Shown one piece after another: positions 35,107 to 42,611 of a stretch of 64,000 nt of DNA. The DNA is taken from IMG/VR virus record IMGVR_UViG_3300014205_000016, positions 7,882-71,881 of that record; one strand, 5' to 3'. Made by a program: the position numbers and the translations under genes. Source of the stretch: a virus (Duplodnaviria > Caudoviricetes). Below the pieces are notes generated by a model that searched no databases, was not told the DNA's origin, and saw only the letters and a list, made by a program, of their open reading frames with translations. Every line of letters starts with the position of its first letter. Position 1 is the stretch's first letter.

Positions 35107-36281
35107 ATCATCCATACACCCAGGAATACTTGGCCGAGCGCTTCAAGGTTCCGGTCAATGATCAGCAAGTTGCGGCAGTCAATAAGGCCGTGGAATGGTA
35201 CAAGGGCTGGCAGGAGCGTAAGCACCGCCGTCAAATTTTCTTCCTGGCAGGCTTTGCCGGTACGGGCAAGACGACGATAGCCAAGATCATCACCGAACTC
35301 TGCTGTGGCATGGACTGGACCGTATTCATCGCGCCGACTGGCAAGGCCGCGTCCAGGCTCCGCCAAAAGGGTTGCCCTCAAGCCAAGACCCTTCACCAGT
35401 TCATCTATAACGTCCGTGGTGAGGATGAAGACGGCGAACCGATCTTTGTGGCAAAGGGTGATCTTGATGAAAGGCCGCGACTGGTTTGTATGGATGAATC
35501 GTCGATGGTCGGTGAGTATGACGTCAGGAAGTTGCTTGAGCACCGCATCCCAGTTCTGGCGCTCGGCGACACCGGTCAAGTCGACCCGGTAAAGGCCGCG
35601 ATTTACTTCACGGAGCCGATGGCCGACGTGGTGCTGGACCAGATCGAACGGAACGCCGGTAACATTGTACGGGCGTCGATGTTTGTCCGCCAGGGTAAGC
35701 GACTGCCCGTGCGCGAATACGACGACGTCACTGTGAGGGATGGCCGTATAGGCGATGAGGAGCTGCGGACGTTCCTTGATGAAGACTCGGTGATCCTCTG
35801 CTCCTATAACAACACCCGGACGGAGTATAACCGGCGCGCTCGTAACCTTCTGGGGTTCAAAGGGCAACTGCCGCAAGTCGGTGAAAAGGTGATCTGCACC
35901 TATAACCAGCACGGCTACAAGATGATGAACGGTGAGCAAGGTGTCGTCATCCGTTATGAAGAGATTCCAGAGAAAGACATCGACAGTGATGAACCGGACG
36001 GCATGATGCTGATCGTCTTCAAGTCCCTCACCGATGGAGTGGAGCGTTACGCCAAGTTCAACCCGCTCTCCTTCGACCTGGACAAAGACGTGGCGACAAC
36101 GGCCATGCGCGGCGTCGGCGGCTTTGACTTCGGCTATGCTTTGACCATCCATAAATCCCAGGGCAGCGAGTGGTTGCGCGTTCTCATCATCGAGGAAGTA
36201 TTGCGCGGTGTTAGTTACGCGAAGTTGATGTACACCGCTATAACTCGCGCAATAGACTATTTGTCCATTCGACGGTTTTAA
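35103..36281 (+). CDS. dda: Dda/RecD-like SF1B DNA helicase
   Basis: Walker A GFAGTGKT, APTGKAA, MDESSM, LGDTGQVDPV, GYALTIHKSQGSEW, YTAITRA. Confidence 0.92.
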   Translation: MNHPYTQEYLAERFKVPVNDQQVAAVNKAVEWYKGWQERKHRRQIFFLAGFAGTGKTTIAKIITELCCGMDWTVFIAPTGKAASRLRQKGCPQAKTLHQFIYNVRGEDEDGEPIFVAKGDLDERPRLVCMDESSMVGEYDVRKLLEHRIPVLALGDTGQVDPVKAAIYFTEPMADVVLDQIERNAGNIVRASMFVRQGKRLPVREYDDVTVRDGRIGDEELRTFLDEDSVILCSYNNTRTEYNRRARNLLGFKGQLPQVGEKVICTYNQHGYKMMNGEQGVVIRYEEIPEKDIDSDEPDGMMLIVFKSLTDGVERYAKFNPLSFDLDKDVATTAMRGVGGFDFGYALTIHKSQGSEWLRVLIIEEVLRGVSYAKLMYTAITRAIDYLSIRRF

Positions 36282-36300
36282 TGTTAAATAAAGTTCCGCT

Positions 36301-36379
36301 CTTTGGACTTCTCGGAAACTAATTATTTTCGGAAAGTCCAAAGAAATTATTTGCCTTAGACTATCAGCCAAGGCATACT
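36301..36379 (+). promoter_or_regulatory. Operator-like inverted repeat plus sigma70-like promoter
   Basis: ctttggactt...aagtccaaag (36301-36343) then TTGCCT(36351)-N17-CATACT. Confidence 0.65.
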
Positions 36380-36432
36380 TCTTTCACAGGCGAAATAACC
36401 CGACCCTTTATCCCCTCCAGGAGTTTCATAAC

Positions 36433-37287
36433 ATGCCCGAAGTCAATACTGCTGACCTGACCAAAGAACAAAAGCAATTGATCAAAGACAACGAAAAAGC
36501 CGAGCGCGAAGCCGAGCGCCAAGCCAAGTTGTCCGAGAAGCAAAAAGAACGCGAAGCCGCTGCACTCGCCAAACAGCAAGAACGCGAGACCAAAGCCGCT
36601 GCCAAACAACTGGAACGCGAAACCAAGGCTGCTGAAAAGGCCACCGAGCGCGAAGCCAAAAACGCAGCCAAAGCTGCCGAGCGCGAAGCCGCCCGTGTTG
36701 CCAAGGCCGCTGAAAAAGAAGCAAACAAAGGCGCCGACGCTCAAGCCCGCGCTGCTGCACTGGAAGCCAAAGCCGCCGAAAAACTGGCTGCTCGTGCAGC
36801 GATCAAGGAACAACGCGACGCCGAACGCGCCAAGGCAGTTGAAGACCGCCGCCTGGCCGCTGAGCAAGGCAAGAAAGACCGTGCTGAACAAGCTGAAGCC
36901 CGTCGCGTTGCCATCGCCGAGCGTAAAGCTGCTACCAAAGCCGGTGGCGCACGTCGCGGTCGCGCTACCCACTTCACCTTCACCGGCAATGGCCTGAGTT
37001 CCCCTCAACCGCTGTCGATTCGTGGCAAGGTGTACCAGTACATCAAGGACAACATCGAAGTTGGCGTGCCGGTTGAAATTGCCGCTTTCGGCGAGGAAGT
37101 GAAAGGCTTGCTGTACGGCACCCCGGTCCGCAGCTACCTTTCGAAACTGGAAGAGATGGGCCATCTGGACTTCTCCACCGTAGTTCCGCAGCCAGCGGCT
37201 GATCAACCTGACGGCGATGACGCGTCTGGCAGCGACAATCAGGAAGATGAACAAGGCCAGGACGCCGACGAGCAGGAAGCTCAATAA
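36433..37287 (+). CDS. Charged single-alpha-helix (E/K/R/A-rich) protein with C-terminal winged-helix-like domain
   Basis: Long KAAEKATEREAK-type repeats; LSIRGKVYQYIKDN...RSYLSKLEEMGHL; acidic tail; own promoter and terminator. Confidence 0.75.
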   Translation: MPEVNTADLTKEQKQLIKDNEKAEREAERQAKLSEKQKEREAAALAKQQERETKAAAKQLERETKAAEKATEREAKNAAKAAEREAARVAKAAEKEANKGADAQARAAALEAKAAEKLAARAAIKEQRDAERAKAVEDRRLAAEQGKKDRAEQAEARRVAIAERKAATKAGGARRGRATHFTFTGNGLSSPQPLSIRGKVYQYIKDNIEVGVPVEIAAFGEEVKGLLYGTPVRSYLSKLEEMGHLDFSTVVPQPAADQPDGDDASGSDNQEDEQGQDADEQEAQ

Positions 37288-37302
37288 CACAAGGCCGTGA
37301 CT

Positions 37303-37334
37303 GAAAGCCCCGCTAATACCGGGGCTTTCTTTTG
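37303..37334 (+). terminator. Intrinsic terminator
   Basis: gaaagccccg-ctaatac-cggggctttc-ttttt. Confidence 0.85.
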
Positions 37335-37390
37335 CCTGCGATTTGGCGTATCCTACCAAAACCTATAACTAATTGCTGTACGGAGAATGT

Positions 37391-38347
37391 ATGAGTCAAG
37401 TTATTGTCGGCGCCGGTTTGGCGGGCTTGATTGCCGCCTGCCACTTCAAAGACGCCACTATCATCGACGCAGCCAGCGGGCCCATGGCAACCCACCAGGC
37501 GCTTCTGCGCTTCCGTACCACCGCCGTGTCTGAGTTGACCGGCATCCCCTTCAAGCAAGTAACAGTCCAGAAGGCCATCAGCGGCCCGAACGGCCTCAAG
37601 ACGACGTGCTCCATCAAGGACTCCAACGAGTACGCCTACAAGGTGTCCGGTGGTGTGACCGGTCGCTCTATCAACAACCTGGAGCCGGTCGTGCGCTATA
37701 TCGCGCCTGACGACTTCTATGAGCGCCTCATTGGCCGTCACCACAAGCGTATCAACTGGGGAATCCCGCTGACTTCCGAGTTCCTGGAGGTCGCCAAGGC
37801 TGACGTTATCTCGACCGCGCCTATGCCGGTCAACCTGACTGCCGCTGGTATCGCACATGGCACGTCGTTCGGTAGCTTCAGCAAGGCTCCAATCGACGTA
37901 TGGCGCTGCAAGTTGAAGTGTCCGTCGGATGTATACCAGACCATCTATTTCCCGCAAGCCGACCGCCTGCTATTCCGAGCGTCCATCACCGGCGATACTC
38001 TGATTGTTGAGTCACTTCAACTTCTGCCGGAAGGCCGACGTTGCACCGGCCTGGTAAGTTACCGTGATGTTTGGGAGACGTTCGGTCTTCACGAGTCTCA
38101 ACTTGACTTGGCATCGGCAACCACGTCCACCCAACCGTTTGGTAAGATCGTCGACATGCCGAAAGCCGACCGGGAAGCCCTCATGCATGAGCTGACGAAT
38201 GCCCACAACATCTTCTCCCTGGGCCGCTTCGCTACCTGGCGCAACATCTTACTCGATGACGTTGTGGACGACATCGACGCGATCAGCCGCCTGATCAACG
38301 CTTCCGAGTACAGCCGCAAACTGATGTTGGCAAATAGTTCAAAATAG
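37391..38347 (+). CDS. FAD-dependent oxidoreductase, UDP-galactopyranose mutase/HemY-like fold
   Basis: N-terminal VIVGAGLAG, IIDAA; VISTAP; C-terminal FSLGRFATWRNILLDDVV resembling the GRxxxY/W-x-Y-x-x-MD motif of the mutase family. Confidence 0.75.
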   Translation: MSQVIVGAGLAGLIAACHFKDATIIDAASGPMATHQALLRFRTTAVSELTGIPFKQVTVQKAISGPNGLKTTCSIKDSNEYAYKVSGGVTGRSINNLEPVVRYIAPDDFYERLIGRHHKRINWGIPLTSEFLEVAKADVISTAPMPVNLTAAGIAHGTSFGSFSKAPIDVWRCKLKCPSDVYQTIYFPQADRLLFRASITGDTLIVESLQLLPEGRRCTGLVSYRDVWETFGLHESQLDLASATTSTQPFGKIVDMPKADREALMHELTNAHNIFSLGRFATWRNILLDDVVDDIDAISRLINASEYSRKLMLANSSK

Positions 38348-38350
38348 TGC

Positions 38351-38421
38351 TTGACGGTTTCGATGAGTTGTTGCATAATCAACTCATCAAAACGAAACGT
38401 CCACTAGAAAGGTGACTTGAA
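38351..38421 (+). promoter_or_regulatory. Cassette-type promoter with -10 in hairpin loop
   Basis: TTGACG-N17-CATAAT; IR gatgagttg 38362-38370 / caactcatc 38380-38388; leader aaacgaaacgtccactagaaaggtga. Confidence 0.8.
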
Positions 38422-38574
38422 ATGAAAAACAAAACCTACTCCATCCAAATCCGCCACTTCAGGACTGGCCTGTGGACCGAAGTCACCACCCACTTCACCT
38501 GCGCAAGCATCGAAAGCGTCAAGGCTCAGTTCGAGGCCGATTACGGCAAACCAGTCCAAGTCATCGAACTCTAA
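38422..38574 (+). CDS. Small hypothetical protein (50 aa)
   Basis: MKNKTYSIQIRHFRTGLWTEV...; follows cassette SD; below track cutoff. Confidence 0.65.
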   Translation: MKNKTYSIQIRHFRTGLWTEVTTHFTCASIESVKAQFEADYGKPVQVIEL

Positions 38575-38626
38575 CTAACCGCCCGGTCTTACCGGGCCTT
38601 TCAACTCCCGATAGAAGGACTCACCC

Positions 38627-38869
38627 ATGTCTCGCAAAACCAAAGAACAGCTGGAAACCCAACTGGAAGCGCAGATCATCCGCGCCAACCGTCTCGAAAT
38701 TGAAATGGCGCGCTTGCGTGGTGGTATCCAAGCCGCGACCGATTTGGCGAGTCGCGGCCACATCGACCTGCCAGGCTTGGTCGAGGAGGTGCAGAACCTC
38801 CTGTCGAATCACTCCGGGCCGTTCGAGGTTGAAGACCTTGACCCGCCGTTCGAACCTGGCATGCTGTAA
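38627..38869 (+). CDS. Small coiled-coil protein
   Basis: SD aagga; MSRKTKEQLETQLEAQ... Confidence 0.65.
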   Translation: MSRKTKEQLETQLEAQIIRANRLEIEMARLRGGIQAATDLASRGHIDLPGLVEEVQNLLSNHSGPFEVEDLDPPFEPGML

Positions 38870-38966
38870 TGAAGCTCCGTTGGTGGTGCCCAAAGTGCCG
38901 TCACGAAAACCTCTTTAGTCCTTGTCCAGGCTGCGGCAGCGTGCCGTCGCCTAAGGTGGAAACAAA

Positions 38967-39758
38967 ATGAAAGTCAAGTTGATCAGCGTCACCCCGAACG
39001 CCTTGGAGTTGCTGGTTGGCACCAAGTCCACCCGTATGCGCGGCGCGGACCCGGCCACCATGACCGAAGCCGAGTTGATGGACCATTGGGCGTATATGCT
39101 CGATACCATCAAGTCCCCTTTCGAGTTCGTCGACTACATCTTTGAGATCGAAGGTGTTAGCAAGAACTTCACCCACCAGCTGGTGCGGACCCGTACCGGC
39201 GCGTACCAGCAGGAGACCAGCCGCGCCCTGGACATGGGCGGTCAACCCGTAGTCATGCCAGAAGCGTTCAAGGACAACGACGTTCTGATGAACCTGTTCC
39301 ATGACGCGGTGGCCGACGCCGACGCCCATTATCAACAGATCGTTGCGGCAGGCGGTCAACTCCAGGACGCCCGCGCAGTCGTTCCATCGAACATGGAAAC
39401 CAAGATCAAGGCCAAGTTCAACCTCCGTACCATGAGCGATATGGCCAAGAACCGGCTTTGTGCCCGTACCCAGGGAGAGTACCAAGACGCCTACCGCGCC
39501 ATGCGTGAGCTGGTGTTAGAGCAGCACCCCTGGGCGGATTCGCTCCTACAGGTCGCCTGCGTCGCCACCGGCCAATGCGCCTTCCCTCGTTGGGGTGGCG
39601 CGAAGGTTGAGAAGGTGAAAGGCATCGTACAATACCAATGCCCTTTCTTCCGTAAGTGGATGGACCTCTCCAAAGAGCGTGAAGAGTTGCGCAAAGTCTT
39701 CTGGTCTTCCGCGAAAGCCGAGGCAAACCCTGTGGCCCACAACGGGAAGTCGATGTGA
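38967..39758 (+). CDS. thyX: Divergent ThyX-family (FAD-dependent thymidylate synthase-like) protein
   Basis: KSPFEFVDYIFEIEGVS, HQLVRTRTGAYQQETSR (canonical RHRx7SxR), LQDARAVVP, FNLRTM...KNRLC. Confidence 0.85.
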   Translation: MKVKLISVTPNALELLVGTKSTRMRGADPATMTEAELMDHWAYMLDTIKSPFEFVDYIFEIEGVSKNFTHQLVRTRTGAYQQETSRALDMGGQPVVMPEAFKDNDVLMNLFHDAVADADAHYQQIVAAGGQLQDARAVVPSNMETKIKAKFNLRTMSDMAKNRLCARTQGEYQDAYRAMRELVLEQHPWADSLLQVACVATGQCAFPRWGGAKVEKVKGIVQYQCPFFRKWMDLSKEREELRKVFWSSAKAEANPVAHNGKSM

Positions 39759-40651
39759 TGAAGCGTTTGCCGGATATTGCAATTTTTGATCTGGACGGTT
39801 GCCTGTTTGATGACGAGCACCGTCTGCCTCTGATCAACATGAGCCTGGAGGGTGACGCCCGTTATGAAGCGTACCATGCAGACCAACATGTCGACTTGGT
39901 GCTTGAGGCTGGCGTGAGCTATCTCAAAAAGGCCGCTGAACAGAACCTGTTGGTGGTGTTCCTGACGGCTCGCCCTATCAAGTATTTTGAAGTGACGCTT
40001 AGCAAGCTAGGTCGTCACTTTCATAAGCTGCTGGACGGGCGCTTTCCGCTCCATATGCGACCGGACGGAGATAAGCGGACGTCAGTCGAGTTCAAGCGTT
40101 CTAAGGTGCGTGAGATCATCGCCAAAGCGAAAGATGAAGGGCGCGAAGTTGTTGTGGCGTTCGATGATCGCCAGGACGTTGTGGATATGTATCGTGAAGA
40201 AGGCGTGCCGGCCTGGGTGCTTGATAAGAGCGGTAGTGCGTGCCCTGGGTTCCTTCGCGACTCTCGCCAGCTTCTCGAACACCAAGGCTATATGGCCTCC
40301 TTAACCGACGGCCCTGCCCAGCCGAAGTTGGAGCGGCCACCGACGCGCAAGCCGGACGCTGGCGACCTGATGGCGGCCATGGCGCGGACCTTCAAGGAGC
40401 GCAACGCTGTATACGGCAACAACGCTGAAGTGGTCGGGCGCGTGATGGCCGCGCTGTTCCCTCACGGCGTGAAGTTGAAAACACCTAAAGACTTTGAGCT
40501 GTGGCACCTGTTGGAGCTGGTTATCGTTAAGCTCACCCGCTTTACTCAGAGCGAGCTGACGCATGAAGATTCCATCCACGACCTGGCGATCTATGCTGCG
40601 ATGGTTGAACTCCTTGTCAAAGATCACAACATCGAAGTCATCAAGGCTTAA
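39755..40651 (+). CDS. HAD-family phosphatase (PNKP phosphatase-like) fused to a DUF6378/nucleotide-modification-associated-like helical domain
   Basis: FDLDGCL, FLTARP, AFDDRQD; C-terminal FKERNAVYG...VKLTRF...DSIHDLAIYAAM. Confidence 0.8.
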   Translation: MMKRLPDIAIFDLDGCLFDDEHRLPLINMSLEGDARYEAYHADQHVDLVLEAGVSYLKKAAEQNLLVVFLTARPIKYFEVTLSKLGRHFHKLLDGRFPLHMRPDGDKRTSVEFKRSKVREIIAKAKDEGREVVVAFDDRQDVVDMYREEGVPAWVLDKSGSACPGFLRDSRQLLEHQGYMASLTDGPAQPKLERPPTRKPDAGDLMAAMARTFKERNAVYGNNAEVVGRVMAALFPHGVKLKTPKDFELWHLLELVIVKLTRFTQSELTHEDSIHDLAIYAAMVELLVKDHNIEVIKA

Positions 40652-40733
40652 CTACTTCTTGACCAAACGGACCGCTCCGAGTACGATACCCGGAGCAACC
40701 AAAAATTCTCTTGATATACAGAAGGTTACGAAC

Positions 40734-41408
40734 ATGCGTATTCTTGTCACAGGCTCCGGCGCGGGCCTCGGCCTTGCGATTGTCACAGCCCTCCTCGCTG
40801 CTGGACATCAGGTGTTGAAGTACGACATCAAGGAAGGGATGGATGTAACCGACCCTCCTGCTGACCTGGAGTATCAAGTCGAGGAGTTGGACGGCCTGAT
40901 CAACTGCGCCGGGATCAACTGTAATGAGTGGTTCGAGGACATCACGCTGGCGAGTCTGGCGAAGGTGATGAACGTCAACGCCTTCAGCATGGTGCACATG
41001 ACCCAGGAGTTGCTGGGGCCGTTGAAGGCGTCCAAGGGGTTCGTTCTGAACATCGTCTCGAACGCCTCTCACATCCCTATGACCAGTTCGCTGGCCTACA
41101 ACGCATCGAAGGCTGCGGCTGCGATGATCACGCGCCAGATGGCCCACGAGCTGACGCCGAAGTACGGCATCACCGTATTCTCTATCTCGCCGAACAAGCT
41201 GGCCGGCACCGAAATGTCCAAGCAGATCGAGGACAACGTGGTGGCGACCCGTGGCTGGACTCGTGAGTACGCCGCTGAGTACCAAAAGAAGGCGCTGATG
41301 CACGGCCTGGAAACCCCGCCGCAAGCCATCGCTGACTACATCGTCCACCTGCTGGCTACCGGCTCCTGGAAATACATGTCAGGCACCGATATCCCGTTTG
41401 GCAAATAA
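40734..41408 (+). CDS. Classical short-chain dehydrogenase/reductase
   Basis: ILVTGSGAGLG, INCAG, IVSNAS, YNASK; Asp after beta-2 (KYDIK) suggests NAD(H); start ATG 40734 with SD aaggt. Confidence 0.92.
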   Translation: MRILVTGSGAGLGLAIVTALLAAGHQVLKYDIKEGMDVTDPPADLEYQVEELDGLINCAGINCNEWFEDITLASLAKVMNVNAFSMVHMTQELLGPLKASKGFVLNIVSNASHIPMTSSLAYNASKAAAAMITRQMAHELTPKYGITVFSISPNKLAGTEMSKQIEDNVVATRGWTREYAAEYQKKALMHGLETPPQAIADYIVHLLATGSWKYMSGTDIPFGK

Positions 41409-41433
41409 TCAACCTACCTGCTGGAGATTCAAA

Positions 41434-41982
41434 ATGTCTGAATTGACCGTTCCACGCTTTCAAATCCAACAAATTGCCATGGTCGTCTGCAACACCCAAG
41501 CGGCATTCACTCTCCTTTCCGACCTCGGCTTGACCGATTGGATCCACGACACCGTTGTGGCGGAAGGCAAGGTGTTCGGCCTGGAAGGCGCCAACACCGC
41601 CAATCTGCACTTCAACTACCAGGCTGGCACCGGCATCGAGTATATCGACGGTGATGGCACCCAGCGCTATGACACCAAGCCTCTGGAGCTGGAGATTCTC
41701 GACTACACCGACGGACCGAACTGGATGGCAGAAAACGGCTCCAGTCTGGATAGCGTCAGCCACCTTGGCATGCACGTCACCGCCGAACAGCTCGCTCAAT
41801 ACCGCGCCTACTTCGAAGCAGAAGGCATCCCGGTCGCCCAGGAAGTCGTCACCCAGTCGCACACCAACGACCACATCAAGGACTCCCGCCGTTACAACTA
41901 CGTCATTTTTGACACCCGCGAATTGATCGGGGTCGACCTGAAGTTCATCGTCCGCTTGAACGTGGACGGTACTCCTCAGTAA
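41434..41982 (+). CDS. VOC (glyoxalase/methylmalonyl-CoA epimerase-like) enzyme
   Basis: IQQIAMVV, LELEILDY, VSHLGMHV, YVIFDTRELIGVDLKFI. Confidence 0.8.
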   Translation: MSELTVPRFQIQQIAMVVCNTQAAFTLLSDLGLTDWIHDTVVAEGKVFGLEGANTANLHFNYQAGTGIEYIDGDGTQRYDTKPLELEILDYTDGPNWMAENGSSLDSVSHLGMHVTAEQLAQYRAYFEAEGIPVAQEVVTQSHTNDHIKDSRRYNYVIFDTRELIGVDLKFIVRLNVDGTPQ

Positions 41983-41998
41983 GCTGCGGCAATAACGG

Positions 41999-42025
41999 AA
42001 GCGCTCTATATGGGCGCTTTTTGTT
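41999..42025 (+). terminator. Intrinsic terminator
   Basis: aagcgctc-tatat-gggcgctt-tttgtt. Confidence 0.7.
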
Positions 42026-42047
42026 CATCCCAGAGAAAGGCAATAAT

Positions 42048-42611
42048 ATGTCCGTATTCATCCCAACCCGTAAAAAATTTGCTCCGTTCGATACGGAGAC
42101 TACAGGATTAACCGTCCACCAAAAGTCCTTAATTGGGCTCCAGCCGCGAATCATCGAGTTCGCCGGTATCATTACGGATGGGGTTGAAATTCTCGACACC
42201 ATCGAATTCCTTTGCAACCCCGGTGTGGTGCTTGAAGAGATTATCACCAAGATCACCGGGCTGAAAGATTCCGATCTGGAAGACAAGGCGCAGTTCCCAG
42301 AATACTACGATCAAATCGCCAAATTCTTTGGCCAGGCTGACGTCGTCATCGCGCACAACTTATCGTTCGATAAGAACATGCTCATCAACGATTGTCGCCG
42401 GTACGGCCTCGACTTTGAAGGTTTGAACTTTCCGAAAATCCCCTGCTGCACCGTTGAGCAGACTTTCCACCAACACGGTCGGCGCGTGAAGTTGGAACAG
42501 TTGTATGAAATTTACGTCGGCCCCTACGTCCAGAAGCACAGGGCGATGGACGACGTTAAACAACTTCACGAACTTTGTGGCGCCCTGGGGGTGTACGATG
42601 CATTCAACTGA
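42048..42611 (+). CDS. dnaQ: DEDDh 3'-5' exonuclease (DNA polymerase III epsilon-like)
   Basis: FDTETTG, IAHNLSFD, HRAMDD. Confidence 0.92.
   Translation: MSVFIPTRKKFAPFDTETTGLTVHQKSLIGLQPRIIEFAGIITDGVEILDTIEFLCNPGVVLEEIITKITGLKDSDLEDKAQFPEYYDQIAKFFGQADVVIAHNLSFDKNMLINDCRRYGLDFEGLNFPKIPCCTVEQTFHQHGRRVKLEQLYEIYVGPYVQKHRAMDDVKQLHELCGALGVYDAFN

Noticed and set aside
34980-37359. Long minus-strand ORFs 34980..36371 and 36364..37359
   Set aside because: Antisense shadows of the Dda-like helicase and the E/K/A-rich gene; the hydrophobic look comes from reverse-complemented Lys/Glu codons
39755-40651. Annotation as a full polynucleotide kinase/phosphatase RNA-repair enzyme
   Set aside because: No P-loop kinase motif and no RNA ligase recognised; only the HAD phosphatase half is present
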